This document shows positions 47,717 through 56,833 of a DNA stretch of 63,254 nt, one piece after another. The DNA comes from a virus (taxonomy: Duplodnaviria; Caudoviricetes), in IMG/VR virus record IMGVR_UViG_3300021403_000008, positions 1 to 63,254 of that record. The stretch is one strand, 5' to 3'. Under the pieces are notes generated by a model. The model saw only the letters and a list, made by a program, of their open reading frames with translations. It was not told the DNA's origin and did not search any database. How positions within the stretch are numbered: position 1 is the first letter of the stretch; each line of letters starts with the position of its first letter. A program made the translations under genes and the position numbers.

Positions 47717-48114
47717 TGACTTACGAGCGAGAGGCCGATGAGCTGATCCAGCTCATCTTCTCAGAGGCGAGCCGACCGGAGCGGGTCCGGCTCACGGCTA
47801 GCTTCCTCCGGGAGCTAGTGGCCGCGTCCTACTCCGGCTGCGCAGGATACGAGGCCGACCCTGACGCGCCTACGTTGGTCGTTAAGGACCCGGTGAAGTC
47901 CGGTGCGGCCGTCCTAGCCGACGCAACCGAGGACGAGGTTGACGGCTTTCTCGGAGCCGTCTGGGAGGGACGAGGCCAGCTCTGCGGCGAGCTTCCACGG
48001 GACCTCTTCCCGCCTCCGGCTCCGGGACCTTCGGCCTACTGCGGCGCATGCGCGCGGAGCGGCGTAGGAGTCTGTGATGACTGGCCGGACTGCCCGGCCG
48101 GACGGGTCCGGTAA
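47716..48114 (+). CDS. Hypothetical protein
   Basis: TGATG overlap; C-terminal Cys cluster. Confidence 0.6.
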   Translation: MTYEREADELIQLIFSEASRPERVRLTASFLRELVAASYSGCAGYEADPDAPTLVVKDPVKSGAAVLADATEDEVDGFLGAVWEGRGQLCGELPRDLFPPPAPGPSAYCGACARSGVGVCDDWPDCPAGRVR

Positions 48115-48222
48115 AAAGTTCAAAGAAGTTACGGCCGGAGGCGCGCATACCTCCGGCCGTGCGGTATACTTGCCTTGTTGGCCCGGACGAGTGCTCCGGG
48201 CCGGGAACGGAAAGGCGAGAAA
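48115..48222 (+). promoter_or_regulatory. Hairpin-promoter-RBS cassette
   Basis: AAAGTTC; IR 48131-48141/48150-48160; TATACT 48165; GAAAGGCGAG. Confidence 0.75.
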
Positions 48223-48864
48223 ATGTCGAGTATCATCTGCCGGAACGGCGAGCCCCACAAGCACGGTAGCGTCCAGGAAGTCAGGGACTGCTACGCGGGC
48301 CGGAAGGTTACGGCTACCGCGACGGCCACGAGGACCGTCGAGCACGTTCGTGCGAACCAGTATCCCGGTGTCTGCGCTCTGTGCTTTAAGCCGGTAGGCG
48401 AGCGCGAAGGACGGCTAGTCAAGAATGACGGTAACGGGAACGGCTACCGCGTCCTTCACCTAGCCGGTCAGTGCCCGAAGACTCCGGAAGTCGAGCAGGA
48501 CCGCTGGAAGCGCGATGAGAAGCGTGCGGCCGCGAGGACGGACCCACGCGACTATTCGGCCGTCCGTGGCGGATACTACGCGACGGTCAACACGCGGGGC
48601 ACGAACGATTACGACTTCTGGTATGTGAAGGAAGGCCGGAAGCCCGGTTACCGTTTCGTCAAGCGGGTCATCGGCGGCCAGGGCCCAATTCGGATCACCG
48701 GAGCCGAAGCGCTCCGCGCGCTCTCCGCGATTCTCTCCGAAGGCGTGGATGTGTGCGGCGATAGGTTCGCGGACGAGATGGGAAAGTGCCGTGACTGCGG
48801 GCTCCCGCTTACGGACGAGGACTCGCGCGCCGCACGGCGAGGCCCAATCTGCCGGAGTAAGTAA
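48223..48864 (+). CDS. DUF6011-like zinc-binding protein
   Basis: CRDCGLPLTDEDSRAARRGPIC C-terminus. Confidence 0.75.
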   Translation: MSSIICRNGEPHKHGSVQEVRDCYAGRKVTATATATRTVEHVRANQYPGVCALCFKPVGEREGRLVKNDGNGNGYRVLHLAGQCPKTPEVEQDRWKRDEKRAAARTDPRDYSAVRGGYYATVNTRGTNDYDFWYVKEGRKPGYRFVKRVIGGQGPIRITGAEALRALSAILSEGVDVCGDRFADEMGKCRDCGLPLTDEDSRAARRGPICRSK

Positions 48865-48873
48865 GAGCGGACG

Positions 48874-48941
48874 AGAGAGCCCGGAGGCTAGTCCTCCGGG
48901 CTCTCTTCGCGTATAATTGAGAGAGGCGAAGAGAGGCGAGG
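48874..48941 (+). promoter_or_regulatory. Hairpin-promoter-RBS cassette
   Basis: IR 48874-48887/48893-48906; TATAAT 48912; GAGAGGCGA twice. Confidence 0.75.
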
Positions 48942-49103
48942 ATGACCGAGGACGAGAGGCGAGCGAACCGGCTAGCCTCGCACGAGAAATATAACAAGAG
49001 CAAGAAAGGCCAGAAGCGCAATAAGCGTTACGAGGCGAAGCATCCGGAGCGGAAGCTGCGGTGGGAAGCCGCAAGGAACAATCTTAGGAGGAACAATGTC
49101 TAG
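48942..49103 (+). CDS. Basic 53 aa protein
   Basis: Translated by hand (MTEDERRANRLASHEKYNKSKKGQKR...). Confidence 0.6.
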   Translation: MTEDERRANRLASHEKYNKSKKGQKRNKRYEAKHPERKLRWEAARNNLRRNNV

Positions 49104-49326
49104 CCCGTCCGCTCCGGAGTCCGAAGCGATTAAGATGCTCAAGGGAGCCCTGGGGCTCTCCGGGTACAAGCGGCCTTCCGACCGGGACATGGCCCTATTC
49201 GGCTATTCCGATGAAACCAAGCGGGCCATCGTCCGGGTCATCGAGCTGAGCCCAGTCCTTGAGGAAGCCGTCCTCAACATCGCAGACCTCGCCTTCCGGG
49301 ATGGCGAGTCTGGGAATTACGTCTAG
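49096..49326 (+). CDS. Hypothetical protein
   Basis: AGGAGG RBS. Confidence 0.65.
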   Translation: MSSPSAPESEAIKMLKGALGLSGYKRPSDRDMALFGYSDETKRAIVRVIELSPVLEEAVLNIADLAFRDGESGNYV

Positions 49327-49340
49327 AGTAGGATAGGCGA

Positions 49341-49568
49341 ATGACAAGTGACCGAGCGGCCGGGAACGGTCTCAGCATTTCCCGGAGCGCATTCGTAAAG
49401 GCGAGCCGTCCAGTTCGGCCCGGCAACGGACCCGTCCGTTCCACGCTTATCCATCCGCAGGTATGGAGGCGCGCGCTCGCGCTCTCCGGCCGGAACCTCC
49501 GGCGCATGGAACGGAAGCCGGACGGCTCCGTCATTATCCACAACAAGGAAGGTGACTACAATGCCTAG
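49341..49568 (+). CDS. Hypothetical protein
   Basis: AGGCGA before ATG. Confidence 0.6.
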   Translation: MTSDRAAGNGLSISRSAFVKASRPVRPGNGPVRSTLIHPQVWRRALALSGRNLRRMERKPDGSVIIHNKEGDYNA

Positions 49569-49790
49569 CTCAGGAGGCTCGCGCCCCATGGACCCGGTCA
49601 AGTGGATGATCGCTCAGGCGGTCCAGCACCATCTCGTTACCGGGAAGGAACAGCCCGCCATTCCTCCGAAGCCAGACAACGTCGAGTCGGCCGAAGGTCA
49701 GGCCATCTCCGCGACTGAGACGCTCGTCCGGGTCATCACCACAAACCAGGGAGTACGGTACTTCCGCGTCAAGGTAAGCGAGATACTGTT

Positions 49791-50627
49791 ATGGGTGTCG
49801 TCTATATCCCGACCATGGGACGGCCGGCCAACGTCCGGAAGATCGTGCCGAAGTGGCTGGACCAGAATATGTCCGTCCGGCTAGTCGTGAATACGGACGA
49901 GGTCAATACTCATCTCGCCGTCCGCGCCCAGGAAGGCTGGGGCTCCGACGTACGGGTCTGGGCTCCGCCAGGAGTCCGTGGCATCGGAGCTATCCGGCGC
50001 AAGATCGTACGGCAGGCCGCGAGGAACGGCCTCAACGCCATAGTCCTTTCCGAGGACGATGCGATACCGGAGCGGAAGTCTGATTTCCACGATCTGCTCG
50101 ACTGGGCCGAACGGCCGGACGTTCTAGGCATCGGCGCGACCCGGCCAATCCACGACCGCTTCACCGGAGGCGCAATCTCCAATAACTCCGGCGCTATCCT
50201 GTGCCCCGGAGGATGGGGCTTTGTCTGCTTCGCGCTTAACGTCCCGAATGCGATCGCAGCCGGCAATTACGATGCGGCTCTCCATACGATCGGAGACGAT
50301 GCGGAGCTAGCGCGGAACGGCATCGCGAAACTCCGGATTCCGTGGCTCGCCCATTGTGACGTCCGGTGGTCCGCTATCGGTACCCGGTACTCAGCCGGAG
50401 GGATCAATGCGCGCTTCGGAGAGGACGAGGTGAAGCGCCACGCGGCCGAACGGGAGTGTATGGAGATAATCCACGAGCGGTGGCCGGCCTACACGAACCG
50501 GCCAGATCAGCGGCTCCGGGTATCCTGGCAGAAGATGCTGGACGACTACATACCCGGCTGGCGCGCCCGGAGCGCTCTCCACGGAGGCGACCTCGCGGCC
50601 GACTACCGGGAAGAGGCCACGATATGA
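49791..50627 (+). CDS. GT-A fold glycosyltransferase (TET-associated type)
   Basis: YIPTMGRP, GIGAIRRKI, SEDD DxD-like motif, GDDAEL, GG before C-terminal helix. Confidence 0.75.
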   Translation: MGVVYIPTMGRPANVRKIVPKWLDQNMSVRLVVNTDEVNTHLAVRAQEGWGSDVRVWAPPGVRGIGAIRRKIVRQAARNGLNAIVLSEDDAIPERKSDFHDLLDWAERPDVLGIGATRPIHDRFTGGAISNNSGAILCPGGWGFVCFALNVPNAIAAGNYDAALHTIGDDAELARNGIAKLRIPWLAHCDVRWSAIGTRYSAGGINARFGEDEVKRHAAERECMEIIHERWPAYTNRPDQRLRVSWQKMLDDYIPGWRARSALHGGDLAADYREEATI

Positions 50628-50850
50628 CCGACTGGACCGGAGGCCCGGACCCGGAGCTAAGCCGCGAGCTAGCGGAAGAGTTTGAGGACCCGCTACCGGA
50701 GCCGGAGCCCGTTCCCTAGCGGCCGGGAGAGTCCCGCTCCGGTCCTCGCCTACCGGAGCGGGCTCCGGCCGTTAGAAACCATCCTAGCGTGTTCGACTTT
50801 CTGGCACGGTTCCGGTATCCTTGAGGCGAAGGCGAGCGAGAGGCGAGGAA

Positions 50851-52809
50851 GTGGAAGTTACCATCACGACGGACGGTAAGCGGATCATGGCGCGCATACC
50901 GTACGCGAACGGCTCCGGGCCGAAGCTCGCGAAGCGAGTACCCGGAGCACGGGCCGACTGGGACAAGACCGGGACCAAGGACGTGTTCAAGGGATGGGTC
51001 TACCCGCTCTCGATGGATACCTGCCGGAGCTTCCGCAAAGTCTTCGGTACGGACCTCGTGGTACTCCCTCCGCTCGTCCAGTGGTCGCGTGAGCAGGTTA
51101 AGGCCGAAGCGAAGCTGGAGGAACTGCGGGAAGAGGTCATAGACTCCGTAACCTTTGAGCTTCTAGGGCTCCAGGCTCCGGACCTCCTAGCCGCGATGCG
51201 TAACCGTCCGTATCAGCTAGCCGGTACGGCCTTCCTGCTTTCGGCTAAGGCCGCTATCCTCGCGGATGACCCCGGACTGGGCAAGACGCTCCAGACCCTA
51301 GCGGCCATTATCGAGTCCGACGCCAAGACGATCATCGTAGCCTGCCGCCGAAGCGCTACCCGGACGGTCTGGGAGCGGGAGACGATGCGGTGGGCTCCGG
51401 GTATCGCGACCTTTGTTGCGCAGGGGAGCCCGAAGGAACGCCAGGAGGCATTCGAGGAATTCTCCGACTTCCCGACTCACATTCCCGGTGTCCGGAAGAT
51501 GCTGATTATCAACATCGAGATGATCCGCGCCAAGAAGATCGAAATATGCCCGGAGACGAAAGGCCCGTGCGCCTATGGTGACCGTCCTCCGGCCAATCAC
51601 CCGAAGCATAAGTACAACGCGGAATACAAATGGCCGTTCCTCTTCGGGCAGGTCTGGGACGCCATTATCCTGGACGAGTCGCATAACCTTCTAGCCTCTA
51701 CCGCGAACATCCAGAGCAAGCGGATTACCCAGCAGCGCTTCGGCGCGATGAAGCTCCGGGGCTGCCTCCGGCCGGGAGGACTCGCCATCGCGCTGTCGGG
51801 TACTCCGTTCCGGTCTAAGCTCGTAAAGGGATGGGGCACGCTTAACTGGCTCCGGCCGGACCTCTTCGGCTCCTACTGGCGCTGGGCAACTCAGCACTTC
51901 GGAGTCGAGGACGGCCGGTATGGGAAGATCGTAGGCGGGACCGACGCGGAGGGTAAGCCGGTGAAGTCGCCGGACCCGCTGGACTCCGAGACGTGGGACC
52001 GGATGCTCAGGCCGCATTACCTCCGGAGGACCAAGGCCGAAGTAGTCCCGGACCTTCCGCCGATCTTCTACGCGGGAACGCCCATCCGGCCGGACGAGGC
52101 CGACTCTCCGTGTTACGTCCAGCTTGATATGCTACCGGAGCAGGCGAGAGCATACCGCCAGATCGCGGATGACGCGGAAGTTACCCTGGACGGCGAGAGG
52201 CTTACGGCTACCGGAGTCCTCGCGGAGATTACGAGGATGAGGCAGTTCGCGAATGCGGCCGGTCGGCTAGGGCCTAACCGGAGCGTCCTCCCGGCTCTGC
52301 CGAGCAACAAGCTAGAGTGGCTTGTAGACTTCATGCAAGAGCGGGAGGGTACCGGAGCCAAGGTCGTGGTCGCCTCGTCCTTTACGGCCATCGTAGAGCT
52401 AGCGGCCGACGTTCTACGCGCCGAAGGCTTTGAGGTCCTGACCCTAACCGGCACGACCAAGGACCGGGACCGCTCTGACCTCGTGGCCCGGTTCCAGGAC
52501 CCCAACGACTCCCTTCAGGTTGTCTGTATTAACCGGATAGCCGGAGGCGAGTCGATAACCCTGGACGCGGCCGACGAAATGGTCGTAATCGACCAGCCGT
52601 GGATATCGGATCAGGACGATCAGCTTGAGCCGCGAATTCACCGCGTCTCGCGTATTCACCAGGTCACGGTTTACCGGCTTATCTCGACGGGTACCGTTGA
52701 CGAGTGGATGGCGAGCCTAACGGACGAGCAGCGCGAGACGGTATCCAAGGCGAGCCCGCGTAAGCTCTCGGAGATGATGAAGGAATCCAGGACGGAGATG
52801 GCGGCATGA
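50851..52809 (+). CDS. SNF2-family helicase
   Basis: LADDPGLGKT, ILDESH, LSGTP, LRRTK, GESITL, RIHR. Confidence 0.93.
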   Translation: MEVTITTDGKRIMARIPYANGSGPKLAKRVPGARADWDKTGTKDVFKGWVYPLSMDTCRSFRKVFGTDLVVLPPLVQWSREQVKAEAKLEELREEVIDSVTFELLGLQAPDLLAAMRNRPYQLAGTAFLLSAKAAILADDPGLGKTLQTLAAIIESDAKTIIVACRRSATRTVWERETMRWAPGIATFVAQGSPKERQEAFEEFSDFPTHIPGVRKMLIINIEMIRAKKIEICPETKGPCAYGDRPPANHPKHKYNAEYKWPFLFGQVWDAIILDESHNLLASTANIQSKRITQQRFGAMKLRGCLRPGGLAIALSGTPFRSKLVKGWGTLNWLRPDLFGSYWRWATQHFGVEDGRYGKIVGGTDAEGKPVKSPDPLDSETWDRMLRPHYLRRTKAEVVPDLPPIFYAGTPIRPDEADSPCYVQLDMLPEQARAYRQIADDAEVTLDGERLTATGVLAEITRMRQFANAAGRLGPNRSVLPALPSNKLEWLVDFMQEREGTGAKVVVASSFTAIVELAADVLRAEGFEVLTLTGTTKDRDRSDLVARFQDPNDSLQVVCINRIAGGESITLDAADEMVVIDQPWISDQDDQLEPRIHRVSRIHQVTVYRLISTGTVDEWMASLTDEQRETVSKASPRKLSEMMKESRTEMAA

Positions 52810-53024
52810 CTGCTCTAGATAGAGCGATCGACAACCGGGCCGAAGATCTGCTTGAAGAGCTAGATGGGATAGCTCGCGCGGCCGAAAGGCTCAAGCGCCG
52901 GATTGCGGAGGAAGGTCCCGTTACGCCTCTGCCGGCCGACTGGCCCATAGGGACTACGCGGGCCCAGAGACTATTCTGGGAGTGGCGTACCCTAGCCGAG
53001 CACAAGAACTATGGGTGCTCCTGA
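52806..53024 (+). CDS. Hypothetical protein
   Basis: ATGA overlap. Confidence 0.55.
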   Translation: MTALDRAIDNRAEDLLEELDGIARAAERLKRRIAEEGPVTPLPADWPIGTTRAQRLFWEWRTLAEHKNYGCS

Positions 53025-53948
53025 TGACTAGGAAGCGTACGTGGCGGCCGGGAATCAACCGCGTAATCGAGGAAGCGCTCATTGAAGCGGAGCCCGCTGC
53101 CGAATGGCTCCGGACCCATCCTCCCGGAGCGAAGCTCCCGGACCATCTAGAGCCCGGCTATGAGCCGGACGAGTACGAACCGGAGAGCGATGGACCTGAG
53201 TATTGAACCGAGAGGCTGCCTCTTCTGGTTCGCTCTCGTAATCGGGACCGCTACGTTCATCGCCGCAATATCAATAGCCGTAATAGGAGGACTCTGATGG
53301 GTGATAAGATAAGCAACACCGAGATGGCCGTGCTGATAGCGCATACGCTAACGACTGTCCTTGGCCTAGAGACGGACACGAGCGAAGGCGTCATTACGTT
53401 TACGGCCAAAGCTACCGGCCAGAAGTTCACGCTCACGGCAGCCGAGATTCAGTCATGAGAAGCCGGAGCCCATGGGGCCAGAGCGTCATCCTATTCATCG
53501 CCTTCTGGCTCGCGGCGGCCATCCTCTGTATCGGCCTTCCGGCCTACCTAACGCGAGGCCGCTAATGAGCCGGCATCCGCGAGCCGTCCGCGAGCTTCTA
53601 GCCTCCGAGATGATGAAGAAGGGAAGTGAGGTCGTGATCCTAATCACCGGAGCCGACGCGCTCTTGCGGCTTACCCGTGACTGCCGCTTCCCGGAGGCGA
53701 AGGCGAGACGGGTCCTAAACATCGCCTGGGAATTCGGCCAGAAGGCTGAGCCGTGTCCCGGAGGATATGTACATATCTGGTACCACGGGAAGGACGATAC
53801 CAATAACCACATATATTCGGTGGTAGAGCACATCGGGAATCCCCAGGGGAAAGGACTACCCACTGACAGGAATAGGGACTATACTCAGGGTAAGACAATG
53901 CCTCGCCGCTCCGGTGCGGCAGTAACGGAAACAACGAAAGGGAACACA

Positions 53949-54413
53949 ATGCCTCCGCGCAAGACCAAGGCCGCGACTCCGGAGCCCGAAGTGGCCGAGC
54001 AGAACGGTGGTGAGGTGGACTTCGCGAAGTTCGTCCAGAAGCCGATCACCGACAAGATGACCGACTACATCGAGTGGTTCGAAGCGAACGTGGCGAGCCT
54101 CGACAAGCTGGAGGTGGACCGCATCCTCGTCCTGGGCGTCTCCATGTACAAGTACTTCCAGACCTCCGACTTCAACGCGGATCGTACGGAGCAGCGGCGC
54201 GCGGAGCGCGAGGCGGCCTCGACGGAGCCCGCGAGCGAGCCGGAGGTGGCCGCTCCGGCCCGTTCGGCGCGCGGCCGGTCCCGTACGGCTCCGGCGACGG
54301 CAACTCCCGCTCCGGCCAAGGCAGCCGGTCGCGCCGCGAAGGCTCCGGCCGGTCGCGCCACGACCCGCGCCAAGACCCGCGCCACGGCTCCGGCCGGTGA
54401 CGCACCCTTCTAA
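53949..54413 (+). CDS. Hypothetical protein with basic Ala/Arg tail ending DAPF
   Basis: GAAAGGGA RBS, TATACT at 53880, GC3-rich codons. Confidence 0.75.
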   Translation: MPPRKTKAATPEPEVAEQNGGEVDFAKFVQKPITDKMTDYIEWFEANVASLDKLEVDRILVLGVSMYKYFQTSDFNADRTEQRRAEREAASTEPASEPEVAAPARSARGRSRTAPATATPAPAKAAGRAAKAPAGRATTRAKTRATAPAGDAPF

Positions 54414-54420
54414 CCAGACT

Positions 54421-54561
54421 CCAGCCCGGCCGTACCCTCTGACCCCCAGAATGCGGCCGGGCTGGTCCGTCCGGTCCCTACCCGGAGGACCCAGCCTAGG
54501 CCAAGGCTGGTGAAAGCCGGACGGTAACCCGCGAGATGCGCGGTAGAGCCTCCGGGTAGGG
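54421..54561 (+). ncRNA. Candidate structured RNA element C
   Basis: Hairpin 54421-54465; 13 bp stem 54476-54488/54549-54561 crossing 8 bp stem 54467-54474/54517-54524. Confidence 0.4.
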
Positions 54562-54599
54562 TCCAGGCGGATAATGAGCGAATGACGAAAGGCGAGGTA

Positions 54600-55745
54600 A
54601 TGGCGACCGCAGAGCTTCCCATCCCTATCCTCCGGACTTCGGAGCGCTCCACATTCAAGAAATGCGTATGGCGCTGGCTCCAGGAATACCGCTACGGCTA
54701 TAAGCCGCGAGGTATCCAGGCCGACGCGCTCTGGTTCGGAATCGGCATTCACAACGCGCTAGCCGAGTGGTACCTGAAGGGTAAGCGGCGCGGACCCCAT
54801 CCGGCCGATACCTGGGAAGCCTGGTGCGGAGATGAGATAGCCTGGGCGAAGTCCTACCTAACCGATACGTTTGAGGAACCAGTCTGGCTGGACGCTCGCG
54901 ATCTCGGAACCGCCATGCTTGAGGGATACGTCGATCAATGGGGCAAGGACCCGAAATGGCATATCATCGCCGTTGAGCAGCCTTTCGAGATAGCCATCCG
55001 GCGCGATCGGCAGACGGCCGTCATATTCAAGAGCCGGTGGGATGGCGTATTCCGGGACCTTGAGACCGGGCTCATCCTCCTACTCGAATCCAAGACCGCT
55101 ACCCAGATAGCGACGGCCTATCTTGAGATGGACGATCAGGGTGGCTCCTACTGGGCTGTGGCCGGCCGGGTCCTCCGCGCTAATGGAGTCCTGAAGCGCG
55201 GCGAAGAGATAGGCGGCATTCAGTACAACTTCCTCCGGAAGGCGATGCCGGACGAGCGGCCTATGAATTCACAGGGCCTCCGGACGAACAACCCGACCAG
55301 AGAGCATTATATCCGGGCTCTCCGGTCTGTCCGTATAGAGTTTGTCGAGCAGTCGAGTCCAAAGAGCGGGCCCATTCCCGTTGATAAGGCGAAGCTCGCA
55401 GACCTCCAGGTAGCCGCTAGCTTCGCCAACCTCCAGGTACTCGGAGACATCAGCAAGAGCCAGCCTCCACCGCTATTCGTCCGGCCGGACCCGATTATGC
55501 GGAACCAGGGAGAGATAGCTACTCAGCTCCAGCGGATAACGGACGAGGTTCAATGGATGAATGCCGTCCGGGACGGAACGCTACCGGCCATTAAGACTCC
55601 GACTCGCGACTGTCCGCGCTGTCCTTTCTGGGGTCCTTGTACCCTCCACGAGCAGGGTAGCGATTCGTACCTAACTCTACTAGAATCCAACTATACCCAA
55701 GAGGACCCATACGTTGATGCTGACGTTAAGTCGGCCGACGATTAG
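54600..55745 (+). CDS. Cas4/RecB-like PD-(D/E)xK exonuclease
   Basis: SERSTFKKC, FGIGIH, VEQPF, RWDGV...ESKT, C-terminal CPRCPF...C. Confidence 0.85.
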   Translation: MATAELPIPILRTSERSTFKKCVWRWLQEYRYGYKPRGIQADALWFGIGIHNALAEWYLKGKRRGPHPADTWEAWCGDEIAWAKSYLTDTFEEPVWLDARDLGTAMLEGYVDQWGKDPKWHIIAVEQPFEIAIRRDRQTAVIFKSRWDGVFRDLETGLILLLESKTATQIATAYLEMDDQGGSYWAVAGRVLRANGVLKRGEEIGGIQYNFLRKAMPDERPMNSQGLRTNNPTREHYIRALRSVRIEFVEQSSPKSGPIPVDKAKLADLQVAASFANLQVLGDISKSQPPPLFVRPDPIMRNQGEIATQLQRITDEVQWMNAVRDGTLPAIKTPTRDCPRCPFWGPCTLHEQGSDSYLTLLESNYTQEDPYVDADVKSADD

Positions 55746-55753
55746 GAGGAACA

Positions 55754-56707
55754 ATGCCACCGAGGAAAGCGGCCGAAGAGACGGCCGACGCTCCGCGCAC
55801 CGGGACAAAGGCCCGGAGCCGGCAGACCGCGAGGCAGCAGAAGGATCAGCCCGCGCGGATGATGGAGGCTACGGTTGAAATCGAGGAAGTGACCCTAGCT
55901 TCCATCGTTACCTCAACCAACATCCTGATCCAGGGACCTCCCGGAGGCGGTAAGACAGCCCTAGCCGGTGGCGCGCCGAATGCCGTGTTCCTTTCTACCG
56001 AGATAGAGGGAGCTATCTCAGCGGCCATCTCCGGAAGCCGTGCCCGGCTCTGGCCCGCTCCGTCGTGGGAGTACTGTGTGGCCGGTATTCAGAAGGCCGA
56101 AGAGGAACTGGGCCCGGAAGACTGGCTCATCGTAGACTCCGGCACCAACATGCAGGAGATGTACATGAGGTGGATCATGGATTCCCTCGTGGCCTCGTCT
56201 CCGCATCGGGACCTCGACATTCCCTCTCCGGCAGAACACCAGAAATACCAGAACGGCTTCAAACGGTGGTATAACCGGATCATGAAGATGAAGGCGAATA
56301 CCATCTTCATCACCAACTCGATGACCGTCGATGACGATGAAGGGAATCCGCGTACCATTCCCCTCATTCTCGGCAAGAAAGGCGAGATATCCGACTACAT
56401 TTCCGCTCAGGCCGGAGTAGTCCTATACTACTCGGTAAGCCGCGAGAGCCGGGAGAATGAAGCTGTTGGCCCGGACGTTATCCGACGGGCTCTCGCTCAG
56501 CCTTTCCCTCCATGGCTCGCGAAGGACCGCTACAACGCTCTCGGTACGTTCTGGGACGTTCCTCACGGTGACTACACGGCGATGGCGAGGATGATCGACG
56601 CCATCGACAGGGCCAAGAAGGAAATGAAGAATGTCCGAGACTCCCGCGAGCCCGCAGCCCGGCCAGCCGTCCGTCGTGCTGTCCGACCCAGACGAGCAGC
56701 CAGCTGA
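55754..56707 (+). CDS. Sak4-like AAA ATPase recombinase
   Basis: GPPGGGKT, LIVDS, AKDR. Confidence 0.85.
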   Translation: MPPRKAAEETADAPRTGTKARSRQTARQQKDQPARMMEATVEIEEVTLASIVTSTNILIQGPPGGGKTALAGGAPNAVFLSTEIEGAISAAISGSRARLWPAPSWEYCVAGIQKAEEELGPEDWLIVDSGTNMQEMYMRWIMDSLVASSPHRDLDIPSPAEHQKYQNGFKRWYNRIMKMKANTIFITNSMTVDDDEGNPRTIPLILGKKGEISDYISAQAGVVLYYSVSRESRENEAVGPDVIRRALAQPFPPWLAKDRYNALGTFWDVPHGDYTAMARMIDAIDRAKKEMKNVRDSREPAARPAVRRAVRPRRAAS

Positions 56708-56833
56708 ATGGCTGCGTAAGCATATCGGGAAACGCCATACGTTTCTCGGCTACGTAACGAAAGGGGAGCACGCCGCAGATCACAGACTTCATCCGGAACG
56801 TCTAGACCATACTCACGAAAGGTAAGAGGCTAA

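Noticed and set aside
35640-48941. Repeated intergenic modules as a CRISPR array or integron attC sites
   Set aside because: They are separated by whole genes, vary in sequence, contain promoter and RBS elements, and no integrase or cas operon is present
54600-55745. Cas4-like gene as part of CRISPR-Cas
   Set aside because: It lies in the usual phage exonuclease-Sak4-SSB recombination module
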